This document shows positions 10,738 through 21,557 of a stretch of 64,000 nucleotides of DNA, piece after piece. Location of the stretch: NCBI GenBank assembly GCA_002811645.1, contig PDIP01000142.1, positions 51,616 to 115,615 of the forward strand. Reading direction: 5' to 3'. The notes beneath the pieces were generated by a model that saw nothing but the letters and a program-made list of their open reading frames with translations, did no database searches and was not told where the DNA came from. The number at the start of each line of letters is the position of its first letter. Positions within the stretch are counted from its first letter, which is position 1. The position numbers and the translations under genes were made by a program. The stretch is from Corallochytrium limacisporum Hawaii. Its lineage: Eukaryota > Protista > Pluriformea.

Positions 10738-12105
10738 ATGGAGAAAGCGATACCAGTCGGGCGTCATTATCCGCATCGTGTTGGATGCCGCGCACCAATG
10801 GCATATAAGTGTCAAAAGACCCACTGACCCATATCCCCGCGCCAATAGTAACGGCAATCCTCAATTAATTAAACAAAAGTGTTAGGGTTTCATTTCTAAA
10901 GGAATACGAGCTCAAAACGGTGGGTGTTTTTCGGCTCCAAACGTCGGTTTCGCATCTTTGGGCAAAGGCGTCCCGGTACGGAGGGAATAGTGTGAAAGAG
11001 TGAAGGATCCATGAGAGACGGAAGGAAGCCGTTTGGGAGTATGTTGGGATATTGCGCCATGACAACGCGGAGAGAGGGCGCAGAGCTCGATAGTAAAAGT
11101 ATGGGGGGGGTTCTCTCTGACAGACCACAACGCACAAAAAAACACAGCCCCCCTCCCCCCCCCCTTGGAGAACGATGAGATCGCCTAGCCCTGCGCTTCC
11201 CTGTGTGACCCAGTGCTTGCTGGGTTTACTACCGGGTTTCACTGAATGGGGCCAGAGGAGATGGGTAACACGGAACTCCGAAAACTCTGCAGAGAGAAGT
11301 GAAATCAACCGGCTCCGCAGAAGAGGAGCTGAGGGGCGAGAACCTTTTCGGGCGCACGGTCACACTAGTTGTTCCGCCTCACGGACTGTGTTTTCGACCA
11401 GCGAATCCGACTGGCAGGGAAGTGTGGAACAATTGCAATAGCAGAAGCCGATAGCAGCAACGAGCAGAAACGCAGAGCAAATGAAAAATTTTGTCCACCG
11501 AGTGCGTTTCGGGCAGCCAATACTTCTCCACGCTTGTCTCCGGTTGGTCCGGTCTCGTATGCCATACACAATGAACGGACCATATAACACCGGAACAGCT
11601 GATGAGGTACACATCGTCGGAGTACCACTTTCTCTTCCCCCCCCTTCTTTTCTTCCCTGTCGCACAGGACCTTGACCCGAAAGAGGCACCGAGTCTGCCA
11701 CAAAGAGCAGCAGAAGAATAGGAATGAGGAGAGGAAGAAAACGAAGCCGTCCTCCCGGGCCCCTTCCCAAGCCGCGACATTGAGACCCACCGCTCGGGTG
11801 AACGGGAAGTGGGGGGTTGGATAGATATCGTCACTGGGCACGGTGGAGCCTCTGCATACTGAATGCATTGAATTTTATAAGGAAAGTTTGGGCTGAAACG
11901 ATTGAACCGTAGGGCTTCGGGTCTCGTTAGGATGAGGTGGAACAAGGAGTTACCGTATAGCACAAATGGTATGTCTTACTGAAGGGCTAGAACTAATCGT
12001 GCAGGTTTTTAAATCTCAGCATTAGTGTAGTTACAATACCACAACAGTTCCATTTGTACGTCAACTAGGACACTGTTGACGCGGTCACGTACAAAACAAA
12101 AAAAT

Positions 12106-12816
12106 ATGACATTGACAACATTCTTCGGGTGTTTGTTCATCGCATACGGGCCAATCACAGCCTTATTTTTCGGTGCGGCCGGTAAGGATGCAGAATTGAT
12201 TTTGCTGACAATTGCAGCGGGCTTCTTTTGGTTGTTGGGAGCGTTCGTAGCGTCGGTAATTTGGATTGCCATCCCGCCCGCGAAGGATGAGATTTACTGG
12301 ACCCTGACCATCGGTGTGCTTATGCAAGAAATTTCCAGGTTGATCCTGTATTTCACTTTGAAGAAGGCGAAGCAGGGTCTGATTGCCTTCGAAAACGAGA
12401 AGAACCAATTTTTCGCCTTCCAGCGCTATACTCTAGTCAGTGGCATTGGATTTGCTGCTACCAGCGCTGCTATGCAGTACAGCTTGGTTGTTGAACAGTC
12501 TGCGGGTCCCGGTGTCCTGGAGAGCCCAGGTTGCCCCTCGATCGACTTTTTCACGATCAGTGCTATTTCGACAATGTTTTTGTCACTGCTCAACGTGTGC
12601 TGGATGCTGAACTTCTTCATTGGTCTCGATAATGGTCAGTACTGGAAGCCCATCCTTGTAGTACTGAGCCATTTCTTTGTCTCCTACCTGAGCACTATTA
12701 ACAATGACGGAGAGGAATGCGCCGCCTTCCTGGTGCCTCTCGCCTTCGTGTTCCTTGTAAATGCAGCTGTTGCCATCAAGGATGGCCTCAGCCTGCTCAA
12801 CCGCTTGAAGGTATAA
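12106..12816 (+). CDS. APH1: Gamma-secretase subunit APH-1
   Basis: MTLTTFFGCLFIAYGP, GFFWLL, QEISR, VSGIGF, SAGPG, SHFFVS; about 7 hydrophobic segments. Confidence 0.95.
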   Translation: MTLTTFFGCLFIAYGPITALFFGAAGKDAELILLTIAAGFFWLLGAFVASVIWIAIPPAKDEIYWTLTIGVLMQEISRLILYFTLKKAKQGLIAFENEKNQFFAFQRYTLVSGIGFAATSAAMQYSLVVEQSAGPGVLESPGCPSIDFFTISAISTMFLSLLNVCWMLNFFIGLDNGQYWKPILVVLSHFFVSYLSTINNDGEECAAFLVPLAFVFLVNAAVAIKDGLSLLNRLKV

Positions 12817-13251
12817 TGGTATATGCATCTGCAATGTATATTGCATGCAGAAATCACATAGAATCGTAACACTATATATATATACTATAGCATCATTGAA
12901 ACTACTGTCACAGGCAAAGGAAGGGACCCTTGTCTTCACAAACTAATGGACACATTGACAAGCAGTCGCCGTACCAGCCATCCCAGCACTGTCGCAAAGG
13001 CTTGATTTATGTCCAACCGGGGCTTAGGCGCGCCAGGCAGAGGGGAGGGTGAGGGAACTAGCCGGGTGCGACGGGGTTCGTCATAGAGTACTATGTCCAG
13101 CAAACAGGATGGTACATAAGACGTACTAGTAACGGGTGCCACTGAATGCGTGAAGCCTATGCGTTGGTCCGGAGCCTTCGAAACGAACTCATTTGCGTGA
13201 CACGGTGTACAGGACTATGTGAGAATCAGGTGGGACAAGCGGTGTGTGGAA

Positions 13252-13899
13252 ATGTTCAAAACTGCAGTCGCGCTCGTTGGAGGTGCTGCAGGCCTCGCCG
13301 CTGCCGTCCGTTATTATCCGCGTGGTATTGCGTTCGCAAACGCGCCCCATGATAAGGACGGAGGTCACATCTATAGAAGAACGGCCCAGAAAGCATACTT
13401 TGCCGATTGTTTTGCAGTCGCCATCCCTGCTCACAGTGTCGGGAGATACGTGGGATCAAACTACAGAGTTGTTGACATCGCCGAAGTCAATGACGTTTTC
13501 TTCAATGTCTTGTTCAACTCTCAGATATTCCAGCTGAGAAACAAAATTGTCAAAACTTTTACAGGCGAGGATTTGGTGACAGACATACCAGTCACCCGAA
13601 GTCCCCCTCATATGATTCATGGGTTTGAGGTTCTGGACACAAGCAAACAGGAAACTCTCTGTTCGGCCGGGTCAGGAGTATTCACCTGGTTGGCAGTGAC
13701 AGAGGAGAAACCGCAATGGGTGGGGGACGATCACAATGTGGTTCTCTACTTTGGCAGTATAGTTCAGACAGAAGCCCCTCTCATGAGGTTCATCACAACT
13801 GTGTTCTCCCCGTTTCACCTGCTGTTCAGTAAGGTTATCCTGCAACAAGCTGCACACGGTGTAGTTGATGAGTATATTAGTAGGCAGCAGAAGCGGTGA
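13252..13899 (+). CDS. Uncharacterised protein, DUF2867-like, with possible mitochondrial N-terminus
   Basis: ADCF, GFEV...E, PFHLLFSKVIL resemble DUF2867-type motifs; Ala/Gly-rich non-acidic N-terminus. Confidence 0.7.
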   Translation: MFKTAVALVGGAAGLAAAVRYYPRGIAFANAPHDKDGGHIYRRTAQKAYFADCFAVAIPAHSVGRYVGSNYRVVDIAEVNDVFFNVLFNSQIFQLRNKIVKTFTGEDLVTDIPVTRSPPHMIHGFEVLDTSKQETLCSAGSGVFTWLAVTEEKPQWVGDDHNVVLYFGSIVQTEAPLMRFITTVFSPFHLLFSKVILQQAAHGVVDEYISRQQKR

Positions 13900-13982
13900 A
13901 TGGTTGGCAATTGCTCGATACACTATGTATGCTATGTATGATGTATTATGGATGATGATGTGAACATATGCTATACACGACG

Positions 13983-15419
13983 TTACTCTATGGGACATGC
14001 GATCATGTTTGCTTTCAATTCAGCCTTGTGTGCCTCACGCATCTCGGGTGGACTGTCCTTGAGGGCAAAATACCAGAAATTTGTAGTTGTACTCTGCATG
14101 ATATGATTTGGCTCATCTTTGTCGTATTTTGCGGCAATTTTCAGCCGGTTCAGCGTCGGGTTCAATTCGCAAATGGCAAGGCTGGGTAAGCAAATGTGTT
14201 TTATGCACCACATCATTTCATAATAGAGCCGCCCAACTTCCAGCGTTGCTAAACCTAATTCCCTCGCCCTTGACTCCACCATGGTTCGGACGTCTATTAC
14301 AACCTGATCTTCCACCATTTGATATGCATGAAAGTGGTCCACAGCCATCGTAATGCACACCAGAGCCAATAGAGATGGTCTATGAAACCGCAACTCCTCG
14401 ACGATCATCGCAATCAATCCAAAAAATTGAGCTAGCTCCGTGGCAAGGTCGACCTCGCCATGCTCAGTTTTGTTGTACATATCGCCGGTTTTCAAATCGA
14501 AGAACCTTGGAACATCCGCTAAGAAGAACTCTATCCAGTCTGTAACGAGCCCGCAGTTTTGCCGCCACTCTGTGACGGCAACTATATCACGCTCAGCGCG
14601 AATGAACTCCTCAGCTGTGTACTGCCATACACAAGCCTCTTCAAAGTCACTTACAGGAGGTGGATATATTTCCTCCAGCTTCGCTGCCATCCACAGAGCC
14701 GTCGCTCCGTACAGTTGGAGTTTGCTTTGAGGTACAGCCACCCCGGACTCAAAATAGCGGACAACCCAATCCATGGCAAGGCACATTGTGCGAAAAGTAA
14801 ATTCGACTTCGTGGCCGACTTCATAGATCCAGTCAAACAGAATACGGCTCCTTGATTTTCCAAAATGCCTTGACTCCTTAGGTACATGATCATTCTTCTT
14901 GAGATATTCAAAAATATCACCTCTGTAGATGAGATAGCGGTCATATTCACCCCTGTGTTCCTTCGGTGAAGTGTATGACTGTAAGCGGGATGGGAAACCA
15001 ACAGTCTTGTTTTCGAGATCATTCAGTGACTCTTGCGGCTTCTTCGCATGTCCATGACCCGTGATGGCGACTGCTGACCGTTCGGTCAATGCCTTTGAGG
15101 AGCTAGATGGGCGCGCGCGTTTCCGAGCGGGTTCAGTCTCATGTACGGGACTATCAATATGAATCGAGAACTGTTCACCTGAATTCTCTTGACTTGATTG
15201 ACTTTTGACTTTCCTCAGCCTTGGCTGTGACGCGCTCTGCTTTCTCTGTGGAGCAAGGTTTTCTTTATCAACAGGTTGTGATCTCGTCCTCCGCAGTTGT
15301 GTTTCCTTGACAGCGTGTGTGTTCTTAGCGCTCTCCAGGTTTTGCCTGGGTCTGAGCACTGCGTCACGGGACTCTATTTGGATGTTCTGTTCTTCAGACA
15401 TTTTTATTCTGTGGCTCAT
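13983..15419 (-). CDS. Cyclin, E/A class (cyclin E-like)
   Basis: Cyclin box RILFDWIYEV...LQLYGATALWMAAKLEEIYPP; C-terminal NHIMQS resembles cyclin E HNIQT; KEN motif in the N-terminus. Start 15419 or 15401. Confidence 0.92.
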   Translation of the reverse strand: MSHRIKMSEEQNIQIESRDAVLRPRQNLESAKNTHAVKETQLRRTRSQPVDKENLAPQRKQSASQPRLRKVKSQSSQENSGEQFSIHIDSPVHETEPARKRARPSSSSKALTERSAVAITGHGHAKKPQESLNDLENKTVGFPSRLQSYTSPKEHRGEYDRYLIYRGDIFEYLKKNDHVPKESRHFGKSRSRILFDWIYEVGHEVEFTFRTMCLAMDWVVRYFESGVAVPQSKLQLYGATALWMAAKLEEIYPPPVSDFEEACVWQYTAEEFIRAERDIVAVTEWRQNCGLVTDWIEFFLADVPRFFDLKTGDMYNKTEHGEVDLATELAQFFGLIAMIVEELRFHRPSLLALVCITMAVDHFHAYQMVEDQVVIDVRTMVESRARELGLATLEVGRLYYEMMWCIKHICLPSLAICELNPTLNRLKIAAKYDKDEPNHIMQSTTTNFWYFALKDSPPEMREAHKAELKANMIACPIE

Positions 15420-16109
15420 GACATTTCTTCGTCACCCTGGGCTTCAAATGTTCTACCTCGAAAGTTGGTAATGTCAGTCACCTGATCTTGCATTGACTAC
15501 AGCAAAGGCTAGGTACGTGTCTTTTCTTGAATACCTACAATTGTTGGCCGGCCGGGACTGTCACAGGCAGGCACCCTCTGACTCTCTCTTCGCGCGATCT
15601 ACGCTTCAGCATTTCTTGTTGCACCGGTGGGACCGCGGGTCTAGAGAATTGTCGTATACTGCCTCGACTGCAAGGCGCGGGCAATAGCCAAACACCTCGC
15701 AATTGCACTCTCTGCTCATTTCTGCCAGCCCCGCCCTGCCCCGGTGTTTGAATTTCACTCGGTGGGTCTATTTCAAAGTTTTCGCTCTCTAACTCGTGCC
15801 CCGGTGACTCAAAATATTGGGTGCGTATTTCTCCCGGACCTTTCGATCCTTGGTCAGCGGGGAGCCGGTGGACCCGTAGACACACGGGGGAGGGGCGGAG
15901 TGAGAGAGCCCAGGGACCATTAGCCCAGTGACCGTGCCCGAGCACCAAGCGGCAGCAGCAGCGGCAGGAACACAGCAGCGAAGGGAGTACGGAGCTGCCG
16001 CAAACCACCAGTAAAAAACAAAGGGGGGGGGGTGGGGGAATCAGAAGCGCCAGGTCGGTGCGGGTTGGAGGGGGAGGGGTACCCTACTGCTGCTGCCTGC
16101 CGAGTTTTC

Positions 16110-16137
16110 TTTTCGCGCAGTATTTCGTGCGGGAAAA
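16110..16137. promoter_or_regulatory. Paired E2F-type sites upstream of the cyclin gene
   Basis: TTTTCGCGC at 16110 and GCGGGAAAA at 16129 match TTTSSCGC. Confidence 0.55.
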
Positions 16138-17587
16138 GTGTAGGTCATTCTTGCTAACATCAATTTTTCTGAAAAAAAAAAGAGACCGAAACGTTCGAGC
16201 ACGGGGTGCGAAATGGGAAGGCGAGGGGGGCAGGCCGACAATGAGGGAGAGATTTGGGACCGGTGGGATTTGAAATATTGGCAAGATCCTACTATGGAAT
16301 CGAGTTCATCCGGAGTCTATTTTGGAGTGACATTGCGATCACGAGCCTACAGCAAGGCTCTGCTGTCAGTCTTGTAACAACCAATTGTACCTGACCATCA
16401 GTGGACATGCTGGCGATATCTGCAGAGCTTGTAAACATCTAAAGGACTGTGGTACAATAATCAAACTTGATGTAGGCAGGAAATGCACGACCGTTGTTCT
16501 GGTACACCTACAGCCCGAAACATCCACCGCATGCCATGGTCACTGTTTGAGACCCCCCCTTTAGAGTCACCTGCGCACATCCAAGTTAGCTCCTCAGTAG
16601 AGACAGATCAATAGAATCACACCGGTCGTCATGACCGCCAGCAAAGCGCCTGCGCGAAGCCTGGTGTTTTCAGTGCCCGCCTCGGGCTCAGGTAAATTTG
16701 TCTCCGGCGCCACGACCCATGCCAACCCTTCCCACCCCATCCCCTCCGGTGCCGCCCTACTTCCAGCCTTCGCGCAAATAAAGACCTGCCCTCCGGGCGC
16801 GAGGCTCCCCTCTGTGGATCGCGTGGCCTCGGCACACGAGTAGGGTTCTTCCCGCTCGCGCCGGTATTTCGCGGGACCCGCGGTGGTTCGTCCGCACCAC
16901 ACGCAGGAACAGAACGCACACAAGCGCAGGAGTGTTTTGTTGACGCCTTTGCCTGCTTTCTTTCGAAGAAGTCACACTTTCGCCTTCTTGCCGGACTGTC
17001 ACCAGAAGTAACCGTGCAAATGCAGCGCTTTGGGTTCAGTGCGCGAAAACAACCGCAAAAAAGGGTTGAAACACGGCACACACGAAAGCCTCCCTTGAGT
17101 GGAGGGAGGGACACGAACACAGAATGAGGTGCGCACCAAAGTTTCATCTCCGGACAAATAGAAAATTGAATTTAGCGGTGCTAAAGATAGAAAATTGATG
17201 CGAATTTTACCGGCGACCGGCCTGACAGCTCCGTGGGGCCTTGTTACTGCTTTTCGCGTCTGTGACTGTACTTGATCCATTGTTTCATGGTCAAGTACCT
17301 GCAAGAGGAAACCTGCCGATGACCCCTACACGTTACCCAAACCCGAATCAACGCTGCGACCATATTCATATTGAGAGAACATGGAGATAGACCGCGAGGA
17401 GTTCCGAAACAACCAAGATAGTTACTACTGATTAGGAAAGGTGCGAAATTGGAATTTCCATGGATAGGTATGGTAAAGGGGAAGAGGCGCCCGGGATGCC
17501 CTTGTTCACTGCTGCAGGGTTTGATTTCATCGGAGGTTCCAACCTCAGCGTCCACCTCCCCATTCCCACTTTTCTGACCCACCCCCC

Positions 17588-17771
17588 NNNNNNNNNNNNN
17601 NNNNNNNNNNNNNNNNNNNNNNNNNNNNNNNNNNNNNNNNNNNNNNNNNNNNNNNNNNNNNNNNNNNNNNNNNNNNNNNNNNNNNNNNNNNNNNNNNNNN
17701 NNNNNNNNNNNNNNNNNNNNNNNNNNNNNNNNNNNNNNNNNNNNNNNNNNNNNNNNNNNNNNNNNNNNNNN
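17588..17771. other. Assembly gap
   Basis: N run flanked by C homopolymers. Confidence 0.99.
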
Positions 17772-19147
17772 CCCCCCCCCAAACCGAACTCAACATCCCT
17801 GTCAGCATCTCCTTTTGCCCGCTCCACTTTTACCAGCGCGGGGGACCGGCGCCTCAGCCCCTTCCTCGTTCCGTTCTCGGTATGTACCTCACTTTCCAAT
17901 TCAATATGTATGTAAATGCGGCCGCTGAACCGCCCTCTACGGAGGCGGCCTTATTTAGCCAGGGAGGGCACGTAGCTACAGAGAATTGCTCAGGTCTTTG
18001 GAGGTCGCGCAGGCAGGGGAGGGAGGGAGGAAAGGGATTCTCCTTCGTTTATCAACTTTTTTTTTCTAGATCGCTCCCTGTCCCTGGTGGGTGCCTTTTC
18101 TTCTCAGTGTACCCAGTGAACCTGGTGCAACGTCAAAAGTGACGAGCAGACGAATGCCCTTCCGTGTGTTTCAAGGAAGAACATCGATAGGCTGGAAGCC
18201 CCCCGTTACTGCAGTGAAGTTGCTGTCGGCGATAGCGCAATGTTCCAGCTTAATACCTGCCAAGGTTCTGGGACGGGCCAGTGGTGCGCGGTTGCTGCCG
18301 TGGAAGGAAGGGTCTGCGACCCCTATCTGGGCACCTTACTTGCACAGCCTGCACCAATTTTTTGCTATGCATCATTCCTTTCCGAGACACCGCGGTTGGT
18401 CTCTCTTTTCATTTTCTCTTGTGGGTGTCTGGGTACCGGATCGGAAGAAGTGTCCATGGCCACTTTACGTAACCACCCTCCCTGCCTTTCTTACCCCAAA
18501 ACCAATGCGGCTTTTCAGACAGCAGTCGCGGAGTGCAATCAACCCCCCCCCCCCTCCCAGGGGCAAGGGCGTAGGCAGTCTGTGACACACCGCGCGCAGT
18601 GAAGGAAGGGAAGGAGGGAAACGGGGCGCAAATTTGGGGGGGGGGGTTTTGGCCTGGCCGTCTCTCTTTTGCCAGCACTTTTTCGGGGTGGGAGACTGTC
18701 AAGGGAATCGAGAGATACGCCGACGTGCGGGTGAGGCTGCAGACCCTCAATTCTTTCAATACTGACTCAGATTGAGTACGGTGGTGCGTTCGGCAACAGC
18801 ATATATGTTCATAATTCGACAAGGTGCCTTGGAGAGGAGATCGCGGTGTGCGCGGAGTGGGGAGAGCATTCGACACTTTCACCAATGCGCAAGTATTACC
18901 ACGAAGGAGCGTGCCAAGCGTGAGCACACTGTGAGTGAGCAGGGAAGCCTTATGTCGAATGGTGTTGAAAGTAAGTCACGGTGGCACCTGCTGGTATTTT
19001 GTTAAAGATTGCTAGCCAATATTCACAGAGTTTCAGTAATATACAAAGGAATACTCGTTCGGGAAGCAGTCACAAGGGCCCGTGTACATACTTTACAATA
19101 ATCATGTAAGCTGCACCGCATTCAAAAACCCAACTTTATTTGCAACC

Positions 19148-21487
19148 ATGGAACAAAGCCGCCGGTGTCGCTCGCCATTCGGCATCGTAGTGTTGGCACT
19201 CCTTTGTTGCACAAGCTTGACAAATGCACAGGGAAACTTCCTGCGGTTCGGTGAGCAGGGATTTGACCAGGGACACGCTTTGCCTGCAGTGGCAAACTAT
19301 GAAAGAGCAAGACTTACAGAGCGCGATATCATTGCTGAACGGGACGCGGAAGCCATTGGGGAAATTCATGCTTTTGACGGAGCAACTGAAGATGACGACC
19401 AAGGAGAAGCGCCAGACATCGCCGACCTGGGAGATGATAGTGCAAAGCCTTCCACCTTTGACCACAACACTATCCCGTTAACCTTCAAAGAACTCATTCA
19501 ACGCAAGAAAGAATTGTTTGTGGACCTGGATGACACACAAGAGCGAATTACGAAGGACATTGAAATTTCGGAAGACGAGCGGGAGAATCAACTCGAATTC
19601 ATCAGACTGAGGCGTAAAGAATTGGACAGAGCGCAGGCGCTTGTCCTTCTCGCCTACAGAGATTTCTATGTAGCTGTCGAAGAAAAGGAATTATCTGTCG
19701 ACCTGGGAGGCCTGGAAGATCTCTCCAGTCATTTCGCCAAGCAAGGCTTGAGTCACTTGGTTCAGTTGGCAGTGGAAGCAGATACTGATTATCAAAATTT
19801 CTTGAAGAATAAGAAGACGAAAGAAAACATCGAAATCGAGAAACAGCATGCGAATGCCATGGAAGCTGCTGCGGGTGATGATACTAAGAACATGATGGAA
19901 GATGTTTTACACAAACTCAAGGACTCGGCGGATGACATAGAGGCGAAGATGGGGGCTGGAGGAGAAGCATTTGCTGATTTCTCTGGCAAGAAGAAAGCCA
20001 AGGTCGTCGTAGCAATGGACGAGGACGATGATGAGGGAGACGGGGAAGTGAACCAACCTCCTGCGGAAGAAATGGATGGAGATGATCCGCAGCCTGCAAA
20101 TGACGCCACAGACACCACCCCAGTTCCCAAGCCTGTGAAGAAAGATCACGGTCCTGGTACATTGATTGACTCAGAGAATAATGTTTACATTTTGCGTAAG
20201 AGTGGTGATGCAACTATGCATGAATACGATCACGCACTGCTGATGGACGTGGTGCTCATTTGGATTGCCTCCTTCGCTATGGGCTCTGCCGTCACTTTGA
20301 TGGGTCTGCCGTCGTTCATGGGATACATTCTGGCAGGAATTATGCTTGGACCAACGGGCTTGCGTATGCTTAAGAGCATGGTTCAGCTGGAAACCATTGG
20401 ACAGTTCGGTGTCTTTTTCATTTTGTTTGAGCTCGGAGTTGAGTTCAGCTATGAAAAGCTGCTGAAGGTGCTGCAATACGCACTTTATGCTTCAGGTATA
20501 ACGCTGGTCGTACTGACTGCCATGGTCTATCTGGGTATGGGATCCTTTGGAGTGCCTATGCGGGAAAGTATCTTTACTGGTATGTGCATTTTCATGTCCA
20601 GCACTGCAGTGGTTACAAAGGTACTGAATACTTCTGAACTATCTGCCCGGTTTGGTCAGATCACATTGGGTGTCCTTGTCCTCCAGGATGTCTTCCTGGG
20701 CGTCATCATTGCCTTGCTTCCTTTCATGGTGGATGTGTCCCACGCGTCTGGTACAGCTGTCATCACAATCATCATCGGGGTTATCACCAGGTTTGGATTA
20801 TTCGGGTTGTGTGCATTTGTTATGGCCCGCTATGTAAGCCACAGGGGCTTGCGCTATTTGCACATGTTCAAGAGTACCGAAGTCCTCCTGTCTGGATATG
20901 TCGGCTGGTGTGTCTTCTTCGCTTTCTTGAGTGAACATCTTGGACTGTCGGCAGAAGTAGGATGCTTCACGGCGGGTATGATTATTTCAAGCCACAAGGC
21001 ATACGTCAAGGAGACGCTGGAACTTATCGACCCCGTCTCGAATATTTTCAGCTGTGTCTTTTTTGCCTGCATCGGCTCCCATGTTTATCCGCAGTTCCTG
21101 TACGATCAATTACCATTGGTGATCGTCTTGACTGCCATCATGATGATCGTGAAAGCAGTGTCGTTTTCGGTGTCTCTGGTCTTCCTCGGTGCCAACACCA
21201 AGGATGCAATTCTGTCTAGCATTGTGCTCATTCAGATCTCAGAGTTTGCATTTGTGTTGGCCAGTAGAGCCAAGAAATTGGGCATTATCAATCGGGAGGC
21301 GTACTACATTTTATTGGCCACAACGGCATTGTCTCTGATGATCACCCCATTCATGTGGTTCATTGTGCGATACACCTGCGATGTAATGAACATAAAGATT
21401 GCCAGCGATGGCTGGGAACTCCCAGAGAAGAATGGGCATCGGAAGAATATTCAGAGCCTCAGTATCGGGCAGGACCACCTGGCTTAG
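19148..21487 (+). CDS. TMCO3: TMCO3 / KEA4-6-like CPA2 cation/H+ antiporter
   Basis: Signal peptide, coiled-coil/acidic region, LIDSENNVYIL, GYILAGIMLGP, SSTAVV, LQDV, QISEFAFV. Confidence 0.92.
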   Translation: MEQSRRCRSPFGIVVLALLCCTSLTNAQGNFLRFGEQGFDQGHALPAVANYERARLTERDIIAERDAEAIGEIHAFDGATEDDDQGEAPDIADLGDDSAKPSTFDHNTIPLTFKELIQRKKELFVDLDDTQERITKDIEISEDERENQLEFIRLRRKELDRAQALVLLAYRDFYVAVEEKELSVDLGGLEDLSSHFAKQGLSHLVQLAVEADTDYQNFLKNKKTKENIEIEKQHANAMEAAAGDDTKNMMEDVLHKLKDSADDIEAKMGAGGEAFADFSGKKKAKVVVAMDEDDDEGDGEVNQPPAEEMDGDDPQPANDATDTTPVPKPVKKDHGPGTLIDSENNVYILRKSGDATMHEYDHALLMDVVLIWIASFAMGSAVTLMGLPSFMGYILAGIMLGPTGLRMLKSMVQLETIGQFGVFFILFELGVEFSYEKLLKVLQYALYASGITLVVLTAMVYLGMGSFGVPMRESIFTGMCIFMSSTAVVTKVLNTSELSARFGQITLGVLVLQDVFLGVIIALLPFMVDVSHASGTAVITIIIGVITRFGLFGLCAFVMARYVSHRGLRYLHMFKSTEVLLSGYVGWCVFFAFLSEHLGLSAEVGCFTAGMIISSHKAYVKETLELIDPVSNIFSCVFFACIGSHVYPQFLYDQLPLVIVLTAIMMIVKAVSFSVSLVFLGANTKDAILSSIVLIQISEFAFVLASRAKKLGIINREAYYILLATTALSLMITPFMWFIVRYTCDVMNIKIASDGWELPEKNGHRKNIQSLSIGQDHLA

Positions 21488-21557
21488 TCTCATCTCCAAT
21501 ATACCATAACGTTGAACTCATTATGAATAGGACTTGTTGTATTCTGTACTTTTTCGT

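Noticed and set aside
11360-11770. 136-aa ORF with hydrophobic stretches
   Set aside because: Non-ATG start, crosses promoter-like purine/pyrimidine tracts, no family motif; cannot be supported.
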